NCBI RefSeq assembly: GCF_902652985.1
Contig: NC_047022.1
Span: 12,772,001 to 12,836,000, forward strand
Length of the DNA stretch: 64,000 nt
Direction of reading: 5' to 3'
Source: Pecten maximus
Lineage: Eukaryota
Within the stretch, counting starts at the first letter, position 1, and each line of letters starts with the position of its first letter. The position numbers and the translations under genes were made by a program. Positions 54,018 to 64,000 of this stretch are shown here, piece after piece. The notes below the pieces were generated by a model, which was not told the origin of the DNA, ran no database searches, and was given only the letters and a program-made list of their open reading frames with translations.

Positions 54018-55947
54018 GTGAGTAGGATATATAATAGTGTAAAGGATTTTTGTTTCCAAAGCGTGTATTTTCATTGTACGAGGATAGTTATAAATAATAT
54101 TACAATAATATGAACAGAGAAAATCTCGACCCATTCTATCATTTCCGCAATTATACATCTTTTTATTAAACCCTTTTGTTAATCCATGATATTTGAACAA
54201 CTGGAAAAAAAACCTTTACAATATACAATTATTGTCCTTGTCCGAGGTGAATAAAGCGTACTAAATTTGCAAATAATAACAATCATTGGTTCAGGGTGTA
54301 GGTATTATACTACCAGTGATATATATACACATACATACTGGTCCTTTAGGATTAAAGAGTATGTTATCAATACTAAAAGTAACACAAGAAAACAGATTTG
54401 TAACAAAACAAGAACTTGTAATCTATTTTTAGAAATGATTTATGTTACGATATTTGAATATTAAGACCAGGCGTTCCAGAAGGGTAGGCATACTCTGCTT
54501 CATAAACAACACTGTACCTGAGATCGAGGCAAATGCAGACAATGTCGTCTTCTCAAATGATACTAACCCTTTTAGAAATTAGTTTGGTTAAGGAAACGAC
54601 ATGTAGCCGCCACTGTAATGTAGAAATATACCCACTTATGAACTAACTTCAACAGAGCAGCAATCACTGCTATGAGCGGCTTTTGATACGTAAAGATATA
54701 TCTATAATGCTGTATTAAGTATAATGTACAAATATCTCGAACAATTGAATGGTTGGCAAATGATTTCTTTGTAAAAATAAAACAAGTAAAGTCTATAATA
54801 CTCCAGACTTGACATAAATGATTGTATAAAAGATACCAGATATTGGCACATTTAAAACAAATTGCGAGTAAGATACCGTGGAGCCAGAAGGAATCAAAGT
54901 GCATTACACAGCCGGTTCATCCTTCAACGACTCGTCAATAATGCTAAGGGTCTTAAAATTTGACACCTACGTGTAGAATGCGGCGGAACTAGAATTTGTC
55001 AAACTATGTGTCAAAAACCATGTCTGTTGATTGGGAGGTGGACTATCCCTATAATCAGACAAACTGAAGAATGTATTAATATCAGATTTCTAAACAACGT
55101 CAAACACATGTGTATTTACCGAGCCAAGCATACATTCAAATGAAATAAAATACCACATGTATGTCGAAACGTTCTTGATTTTTTTTATAACATATATAAA
55201 CTGTTGTGGTCATCATACTGATGGATATTTACGTTGTCTCTCTAAGTTGATTTAATATTATTGATCTAGAAAACAATACATAGATCATACTACATTAATG
55301 TATTACTAGTATCTTGTTGATAAATTGTTTAAATGAGATTTATTGATAAGATCGTTGGAAAATTAGCCATTTAGGAACACTTAGGACTTCTGTTTTTTTT
55401 TCTTTTAAATTAGCTTAATATGTTGCATTCCGGCAATTAGTAATTATATATGGCCGATTGAAAGCAATGACATGCTGCTGTGTACAATACCAAAAGCTAT
55501 TACAATCTTTCAAAAATATGAGCTTTAATTGATGTATTTGCTCTGACAGATATATCAACGAAACAGGAATGAAAAAAAATGTTCATCAAGCTAACAATAC
55601 TTATTTAATGAAAGTTGAATACATGATACCCGGATAAGTTATGGGTAATCTACCTTATATAAACTGGTTTACATTTCTCGACTCACGTTCGTCACGGTTG
55701 GCTGCCAACACGTTCTTCTACTGTGATTTTACTGTGAAACGCCTACGTTGGGTTTTACCGAAGGCAGAGAAAATCTGGTCACGTATGTTAAAGTACATTA
55801 TTAGTAAACTTTGACCACACGCTGTACTACATGTATTTCTGCAATGGCGACCTTAACCAGATACATGTACCATCAAGTTGAGAATATGTACAATCAACAT
55901 TAAAGGAGATGAAAGGTAATAGCGTTAATCATGTTTTTGTCCTCCAG

Positions 55948-57487
55948 TGTACGTTTTGTACGACATATTTGCATGTTTATGTATCATTTGTACGTTTTGT
56001 ATGACATATTTGCATGTTTATGTACTCATTTGTACGTTTTGTATGACATATTTGCGTGCCTTTGTACTCATTTGTACGTTTTGTTCGACATATGTACATG
56101 TTTATGTACTCATTTGTACGTTTTGTTCGACATATGTACATGTTTATGTACTCATTTGTACGTTTTGTACGACATATTTGCATGTTTATGTATCATTTGT
56201 ACGTTTTGTATGACATATTTGCATGTTTATGTACTCATTTGTACGTTTTGTACGACATATTTGCATGTTTATGCATCATTTGTACGTTTTGTATGACATA
56301 TTTGCATGTTTATGCATCATTTGTACGTTTTGTATGACATATTTGCATGTTTATGCATCATTTGTACGTTTTGTACGGAATATTTGCATGTTAATGTCCT
56401 CATTTGTACGTTTTGTACGACATATTTGCATGTTAATGTACTCATTTGTACGTTTTGTACGACACATTTGCATGTTTATGCATCATTTGTACGTTTTGTA
56501 CGACATATTTGCATGTTTATGTCCTCATTTGTACGTTTTGTACGACATATTTGCATGTTTATGTCCTCATTTGTACGTTTTGTACGACATATTTGCATGT
56601 TTATGTCCTCATTTGTACGTTTTGTACGACATATTTGCATGTTTATGTCCTCATTTGTACGTTTTGTACGACTCGTGCATGTTTATGTCCTCATTTGTAC
56701 GTTTTGTACGACTCTTGCATGTTTATGTCCTCATTTGTACGTTTTGTACGACATATTTGCATGTTTATGTCCTCATTTGTACGTTTTGTACGACATATTT
56801 GCATGTTAATGTACTCATTTGTACGTTTTGTACGACACATTTGCATGTTTATGCATCATTTGTACGTTTTGTATGACATATTTGTATGTTTATGTACTCA
56901 TTTGTACGTTTTGTATGACAAATTTGCATGTTTATGCATCATTTGTACGTTTTGTACGATACATTTGCATGTTTATGCATCATTTGTACGTTTTGTACGA
57001 CATATTTGTATGTTTATGTACTCATTTGTACGTTTTGTATGACATATTTGTATGTTTATGTCCTCATTTGTACGTTTTGTACGACATATTTTCATGTTTA
57101 TGCATCATTTGTACGTTTTGTATGACATATTTGTATGTTTATGTACTCATTTGTACGTTTTGTATGACAAATTTGCATGTTTATGCATCATTTGTACGTT
57201 TTGTACGATACATTTGCATGTTTATGCATCATTTGTACGTTTTGTACGACATATTTGTATGTTTATGTACTCATTTGTACGTTTTGTATGACATATTTGT
57301 ATGTTTATGTCCTCATTTGTACGTTTTGTACGACATATTTTCATGTTTATGCATCATTTGTACGTTTTGTACGGAATATTTGCATGTTAATGTACTCATT
57401 TGTACGTTTTGTTAGACTTATTTGTATGTTTATGTACTCATTTGTACGTTTTGTACGACATATTTGCATGTTTATGTACTCATTTGT
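55948..57487. repeat. 41/42-bp tandem array (CATTTGTACGTTTTGTACGACATATTTGCATGTTTATGTACT)
   Basis: About 37 units. Confidence 0.96.
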
Positions 57488-57965
57488 CCGGCTCGGGTAC
57501 TATGTTATCTCTCGTAAACATTATCTGACCTTAGTGTAGTCAAAAGAAGACAATGATATACAATTATATTCTGCTTGTTGCATACTACATGCGATGAGAG
57601 TGTTTCTCAGCCACTTCAGTACTCCGTTTTAGTTGACCACCCATGTCTTCTTACAGTGTTATTTGTTGGTATTATGCAATAATGATGAAAATATCTAGGT
57701 TTAGCCAGTTATTAGACAGTATCAAATTCGTTTAAAAGCAGTTTTTATGCCTGAGGTAGATCATCATAAACTATATAACACTCGTGGGACAATTATTTCC
57801 GATTCTCGAGAAAGAAGAATGTATTGCGTTGTATCTATACAACGTCGTAGCAACACATGAAATTATTATTATAGGTGTTTTTTTCTATTTCAACGAACAA
57901 TGTTACAAAATAAAATTCTTGTTGATGAAGTGTCTATTAAAATATATATTTATTCAGATTTCGAA

Positions 57966-60011
57966 ATGGATGTCAGGGATAGTGAGCAACTGTCTGTACT
58001 CATGTCTAAGGCTTTGGAGAGAAATGGTACTGGAACAAAAGAAGAGGTGGACATTAGAAGAAAGACACAGTTAGTGATGGAACAGGCATTCAGGTTTGGC
58101 GATTCTGATATACACAGATTTTATGGCGGAAGTCGCGCTGAAGGATTTTACCTTACAGATTCTGATTACGACCGAATGTTAATAAATAGAAGTGTTACAG
58201 TAACTCGTCTTGGCCATTCTGTACCTCCAAACAACAGAGGTAAGACATTGCTGTACATGAGAGAGGAAGGCTGTCGACCTGGATATGTCAATCTTATGCT
58301 TGGTGAGGGCCAGCTAGCAGGCATCCAGAGTATCCCCTTAAAGAATTCTCTTGTTGAAACTGAGAACGGAGTCTTTGCTTCAAGTGATATGTATCGAGAA
58401 CAATTCATATCGGCTTTGAATCAACATGTAAGTGATCTGTTTGCATCCAATGGGCCTAGCTGTGCTACGAAGTCCGCGTTACTCGATATTGACCTTGTAT
58501 ATTGTTTCCAATGTGACAGCTGGCCTTTGGAGGCTAAGGAATGGATAACTCGATCACGACTGTATGGCTGGCCACATCAGAGATTGATAGACAAGATCGT
58601 ACTCAACGGCTGCCATATTGTCCCAGTAGGAGATAAATGTTCGGACGACACCTTACTGCAATGGAGGATATCGTTCATATCAGCAGAGAGGATGTTAGTT
58701 CACTCTTTTAATCACGTTCAGTTCAAAGTTTACTTTTTACTCAAATATTTCCTGAAACAACTGAAAGACACATTGAAAGAGGTAATCGGTGATGATGACA
58801 TACTGTGCTCCTATTTTCTGAAAACAGTCCTTTTTTATGCTATGGAAAGTTCTGATCAGACATTCTGGCAAGACAAGAACCTGTTTAATTGCTTCTGGTT
58901 TTGTTTCAACATTCTGATAGCATGGGTCAGAGCAGGATACTGTCCGAATTATTTCATCCCAACAAACAACATGTTTAAAAAAAAGATCTGTGGGAATCAT
59001 CAACAGATATTATTGACAATTTTGACCGACAATCAAATATTAAAGTTGGATTGTCTTCGCTTTGGAACAGGTCATACAATAGTTCGGTATCTGTGTCATG
59101 CACCAATACATGATCAACTTGTGCAGGCTGAACCTGTTTCGGATCTTATCATCCGACGGGATACGTCCATTGTGCAACATTTACGAACTTTGCATTTCCC
59201 TACAATCAAGTCTTTCGAGACGATAGTGGGAATGTTTAATTTATTCTTAAAATCTGAATCGGCGTATGAAGACGTATTAACGTACTATTACTCCATGCAT
59301 CTCGTGCACGATTTGGCAGTGGATCAAGTTTGCCAAGTCCAAACAACTGCTACTAGCAACAAGGCCAAGTACAACAGCTTGAAGAAGTCGAAACACTTGA
59401 TTATACCAAGGTCTTCAATGGGTACGGATCTGTTGTATTTGGCCACGTTCTACTTCCAGACAGGAAATTTGCTTAAATCCCTGGAACTCTGCAAACAGAC
59501 AATGGTACTGGCAGCACACTACCTTCACGACACAACATCATTGACAAAGGAACAGAAAGCTATGTATTCTGGGGGACATGGCGACCTGGGCATCCCTTCA
59601 GTCCATAAACTGCAAACAGTGTTCACTGCATGCATTTCCTTCGAATTTGGACAAGACGATTTCTGTCTTCCACACCTACGACCAGAAATATCGAAAAAAT
59701 TCAAAAAGTTGGATATTCCTCCACTTCCGTACGCTGTCTTTCTGTCCTTCATGTGTTACCATGAATTTGGAGACATCGAAGGACGAAAAACAGCACTGCG
59801 AGAGCTTATAGTTCTCAAATATGATCACTTACAAGGAGGACATAAATACTGGATAGTACACACCCTCCTGGGGATCTGCTACCAATCTGTCGGGGACAAA
59901 CTCAGGGCTATCAGGTGCTACGAGGACTCGGCACGAATAAAGACGGAGGATCACGAGTTTAACCCAGCCATGGAGAGGATAGACGCCTTACGGGACTCGG
60001 AGGATGCTTAA
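57966..60011 (+). CDS. Mab-21/cGAS-like nucleotidyltransferase (cGLR) with a C-terminal helical/TPR-like region, 681 aa, single coding exon
   Basis: Uninterrupted ORF after the acceptor ttattcag (57957). NTase motif GGSRAEG...SDYDRM, third acidic site DIDLV, and Mab-21 motifs WP..AKEWITRSR, GCHIVPVG, QWRISF..AE, SYFLKT, CPNYFIP.NNMF. AATAAA at 60126. Confidence 0.92.
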   Translation: MDVRDSEQLSVLMSKALERNGTGTKEEVDIRRKTQLVMEQAFRFGDSDIHRFYGGSRAEGFYLTDSDYDRMLINRSVTVTRLGHSVPPNNRGKTLLYMREEGCRPGYVNLMLGEGQLAGIQSIPLKNSLVETENGVFASSDMYREQFISALNQHVSDLFASNGPSCATKSALLDIDLVYCFQCDSWPLEAKEWITRSRLYGWPHQRLIDKIVLNGCHIVPVGDKCSDDTLLQWRISFISAERMLVHSFNHVQFKVYFLLKYFLKQLKDTLKEVIGDDDILCSYFLKTVLFYAMESSDQTFWQDKNLFNCFWFCFNILIAWVRAGYCPNYFIPTNNMFKKKICGNHQQILLTILTDNQILKLDCLRFGTGHTIVRYLCHAPIHDQLVQAEPVSDLIIRRDTSIVQHLRTLHFPTIKSFETIVGMFNLFLKSESAYEDVLTYYYSMHLVHDLAVDQVCQVQTTATSNKAKYNSLKKSKHLIIPRSSMGTDLLYLATFYFQTGNLLKSLELCKQTMVLAAHYLHDTTSLTKEQKAMYSGGHGDLGIPSVHKLQTVFTACISFEFGQDDFCLPHLRPEISKKFKKLDIPPLPYAVFLSFMCYHEFGDIEGRKTALRELIVLKYDHLQGGHKYWIVHTLLGICYQSVGDKLRAIRCYEDSARIKTEDHEFNPAMERIDALRDSEDA

Positions 60012-60374
60012 AATAGCATTCAATCAGTGTAATCAATATACAGAATGATACCTGGAACTAATAACAATGGGAGCCTGATGTTGTTTAAAAGTATATAAGA
60101 TTGAAACATTGTAATCAGTATGGAAAATAAACTTTGTAAGAGATGATTACGGGAACCAGCTGTTGTTTAAAAGTATATAACGTTCAAATGTTTGAACTAA
60201 TGATTATTTTTATTTGATGTGTGCACAGTAACCAAAGCGTAATTTGGAGAGTTTACTGTTAGACCAAAAGGAATGTCAGTTATAATTGTAGATCGTGTTA
60301 AATTCATTATGATTATATTCCTATTTCCATGTATCGCTACTAGCCGTATCAGCGAGTTATCATCTTACGTAGTC

Positions 60375-61920
60375 ACCACTATAGACTATATATCGGTCAC
60401 TTTAGCATATACATGTATATATATCGGTAAATATAGACTACACATATCGGTCATTTAAGACTATATATATCGAGCACTATAGACAATACATCGGTAACTA
60501 TTGACTACATATCGGTCGCTATAGACTATATATCGGTAACTATAGACTATATATCGGTCATTTAAGACTATATATATCGGGCACTATAGTCAATACATCG
60601 GTAACTATTGACTACATATCGGTCGCTAGACTATATATCGGTAACTATAGACTATATATCGGTCACTATAGACTATATATCGGTCACTATAGACAATACA
60701 TCGGTAACTATAGACTACATATCGGTAATTATAGACTATATATATCGGGCACTATAGACTATGTATTGATAATTATAGACTATATATCGGTAACTATAGA
60801 CTATATATCGGTAACTATAGACTATATATAGGTAACTATAGACTATACATCGGTAACTATAGACTATATATATCGGTCGCTATAGACTATATATATATGT
60901 ATCGGTAACTATAGACTATATATCGGTAACTATAGACTATACATCGGTAACTATAGACTATACATCGGTAACTATAGACTATATATATCGGTAACTATAG
61001 ACTATACATCGGTAACTATAGACTATATATAGGTAACTATAGACTATATATAGGTAACTATAGACTATATATAGGTAACTATAGACTATATACATGTAAC
61101 TATAGACTATACATCGGTAACTATAGACTATACATAGTTAACTATAGACTATATATCGGTAGCTATAGACTATATATCGGTAATTATAGACTATATATCG
61201 GTAACTATAGACTATATATCGGTAATTATAGACTATATATCGGTAACTATAGACTATATATATCGGTAACTATAGACTATATATCGGTAACTATAGACTA
61301 TATATCGGTCACTATAGACTATATATCGGTCGCTATAGACTATATATAGGTCACTATAGACTATATATCGGTCGCTATAGACTATATATAGGTCACTATA
61401 GACTATATATCGGTCACTATAGACTATATATCGGTAACTATAGACTATATATCGGTCGCTATAGACTATATATCGGTACCTATAGACTATATATATATCG
61501 GTAACTACAGACTATATATCGATAACTATAGACTATATATCGGTAACTACAGACTATATATCGGTAATTATAGACTATATATCGGTAAGTATAGACTATA
61601 TATCGGTAACTATAGACTATATATTGGTAACTATAGACTATGTATCGGTCGCTATAGACAATATATCGGTAACTACAGACTATATATCGGTAATTATAGA
61701 CTATATATATGGGTAAATATAGACTTTATATTGGTAACTATAGACTATACATATCGGTAACTATAGACTATATATCGGTAACTACAGACTATATATCGGT
61801 AATTATAGACTATATATTGGTAATTATAGACTATATATAGTTAACTATAGACTACATATCGGTCCTTATAGACTATACATATCGGTAACTATAGACTATA
61901 TATACATGTAGGTAACTATA
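60375..61920. repeat. ~21-bp tandem array (GTAACTATAGACTATATATCG)
   Basis: About 70 units with a variable (TA)n core. Confidence 0.95.
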
Positions 61921-62098
61921 TAACTTATGAACCTTCGAAGTCTTATGTTATAGGACTATAGCAACAAGCATAAAGACGAAAACGAGTTTGAATGCTGTGT
62001 TTAAATCAATGTAAGAAAGATACATGGAGCGATGAACTGTCACATTCCTGAAAAAAAAAGGTATCGCTGGAACAAAGGATATCACATACAGGTGTGTT

Positions 62099-62570
62099 TT
62101 ACCTGTCTGAGGTAAAATGTTATAATAGCTAGGGTATGTTACCTGTCTGAGGTAAAATGTTATAATAGCTAGGGTATGTTACCTGTCCGAGGTAAAATGT
62201 TATAATAGCTAGGCTATGGTACCTGTCGGAGGTAAAATGTTATAATAGCTAGGGTATGTTACCTGTCGGAGGTAAAATGTTATAATAGCTTGGGTATGTT
62301 ACCTGTCTGAAGTAAAATGTTATAATAGCTAGGGTATGTTACCTGTCTGAGGTAAAATGTTATAATAGCTAGGGTATGTTACCTGTCTGAGGTAAAATGT
62401 TATAATAGCTAGGGTATGTTACCTGTCTGAGGTATAATGTTATAATAGGTAGGATATGTATCTTAAATGTATTGTTACAACCTATTATGTATGTGTTTTA
62501 CCTGTCTGAGGTAAAATGTTATAATAGTTAAGGTATGTATCTTAAATGTATTGTTACAACCTATTATAAA
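62099..62570. repeat. 40-bp tandem array (TTACCTGTCTGAGGTAAAATGTTATAATAGCTAGGGTATG)
   Basis: About 9 units plus a terminal larger duplication. Confidence 0.92.
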
Positions 62571-63089
62571 TAAATAATATATGACATCGACCTCCCTGAT
62601 ATCCTTCTAGTTACCCTCACAGATGTGTATGAAGCAGAAGATGTTTGCCATTTCGGAATACCTGGTCGTGTATTTGTGTGATTAACATGGGTTCCCGAAT
62701 TTTGATATTTTGCAATTTTTCTTCGGTTTGCAATAGTAATCGTAGTTCAGATTACAAGGAGAAACCAATTTCCTCTGGTCATGATGAATTTCGGGGCGCC
62801 TAATAAACTAACATTCGTTCTCTTGTGATCTTTCGTTTTCGGGATTTGCCCACCAGAGCAACCTCTTTTGCCTCCTGTGCTCTTAAATAGTCGCTAATTT
62901 GACAATATCATAATCAACGTTTTAATGCAATAACATAGCTGTAATTAACGTAATTAACGCCTATATGACTGACATGCATGTACTAGAAAAGGGAATTTCA
63001 CAGTGAGCCATTGGATATAAAAACTTTCATTAAAAATTGTTTTCCCTTTTTGTCCATATATACCACATGTTTTATCTCCTTTGATTATG

Positions 63090-63306
63090 AGGGGCCGCGG
63101 TGGCCGAGTGGTTAAGGTGTCCCGACACTTCATCACTAGCCCTCCACCTCTGGGTTCGAAACCTACGTGGGGCAGTTGCCAGGTACTGACTGTAGGCCGG
63201 TGGTTTTTCTCCGGGTACTCCGGCTTTCCTCCACCCCCAAACCTGGCACGTCCTTAAATGACCCTGGCTGTTAATAGGACGTTAAACAAAAACAAACCAA
63301 ACCAAA
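63090..63306 (+). mobile_element. tRNA-derived SINE (V-domain-like family), copy 2
   Basis: 12-bp TSD CCTTTGATTATG (63078-63089, 63307-63318); A-box TGGCCGAGTGGTTAAGG, B-box GGTTCGAAACC, core TTTCTCCGGGTACTCCGGCTTTCCTCC, (AAACC)n tail. Confidence 0.92.
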
Positions 63307-63518
63307 CCTTTGATTATGTGTTAAGAGTTTTAACTCTAATTTAAACACTATCAAAATACTGTCTGTAGAAAAAGCAGTATGTGGTTTTAGAAGAGATGTA
63401 CTAAATACATATAATTATCCAAACCACTGTACAGTCAGTCATTGAATGGTAGGCTTTGTCGATACTATTAATATCAATTACGTCATGATTTGTTTTCCCA
63501 TTATATTTTTACTTTCAG

Positions 63519-63585
63519 GTGTGAGTTTGATAAAAGTAGATGCATGCACAAGGAACTACGAATTGCCAAATTTGGATCTTGTTGA
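63519..63585 (+). CDS. Kazal-type protein B, exon 4
   Basis: actttcag|G; CEFDKSRCMHKELRIAKFGSC*, phase-compatible and homologous to exon 4 of paralog A (CEYEQVRCMH); AATAAA at 63596; joined CDS 450 nt = 149 aa. Confidence 0.9.
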
Positions 63586-64000
63586 TACACATGCTAATAA
63601 ATACTCTCAGTAATGGTACTTTTCTTACGTTTTTTGTAATGAATCATTTAAAACGAAAACACAATACAAAACTAACTAAATATGAATGAAAAAAATACCT
63701 ATTCACTCCCTTTGGGTAAGATTCTTCAGCTGTCAAATATTAGGCTTGCTGAACTTAAGAATCCCCCTCGGCTTGAGATTCCCGGCCTCATCCCCAAGAC
63801 GCTGCTGTTTTTACCTGACGATATAATATTATACCTAACTTGGGACAGTTGACTTACCTAACAAAATGCTGACAGTGGATTTACCTGACGACATAAACAT
63901 AGGATTATACCTTTCGATATATTGACAATGGATGGTACTTGTCGACATGTAATGGGTTATACCTGACGACATAGACAAAGGATTTTACCTTAAGATATAT

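Noticed and set aside
55931-57539. Overlapping ORFs upstream of the cGLR
   Set aside because: 41/42-bp repeat with frequent frame changes.
57900-57965. N-terminal 22 aa of the 703-aa ORF
   Set aside because: Mostly AT-rich intron-like sequence ending in an acceptor at 57957; ATG 57966 is the more plausible start.
22600-60011. MESH1 plus cGLR as a linked nucleotide-messenger synthase/hydrolase system
   Set aside because: 32 kb apart with unrelated genes between; MESH1 is a conserved housekeeping gene with no known cyclic dinucleotide activity; proximity alone is not evidence.

Overview
Eukaryotic, AT-rich, intron-containing DNA, most likely from a bivalve mollusc (inferred from the SINE types and the Mab-21+TPR-like gene, not proven). 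I assembled six protein-coding genes by hand from GT-AG exons with consistent phases. (1) The 3' part of a GRK2/3-type G-protein-coupled receptor kinase (+, 6 exons, 2290-8247). (2) A complete HDDC3/MESH1 HD-domain hydrolase (+, 4 exons, 178 aa). (3) An FABP-family lipid-binding protein (-, 4 exons, 177 aa) with an unusual C-terminal hydrophobic, membrane-anchor-like tail. (4, 5) Two divergently transcribed paralogous secreted two-domain Kazal proteins. (6) A single-coding-exon Mab-21/cGAS-like receptor (cGLR) nested on the same strand inside the last intron of the second Kazal gene. About a third of the window is tandem repeat, and almost all long ORFs in the supplied track are artefacts of these arrays. 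Mobile elements include a complete TRIM whose LTRs carry a tRNA-derived Pol III promoter, tRNA-derived SINEs with target-site duplications, mariner and Penelope-like remnants, and MITEs. The strongest leads are the tail-anchored FABP, the nested cGLR, the tRNA-LTR TRIM upstream of the FABP, and tandem arrays seeded on splice sites.
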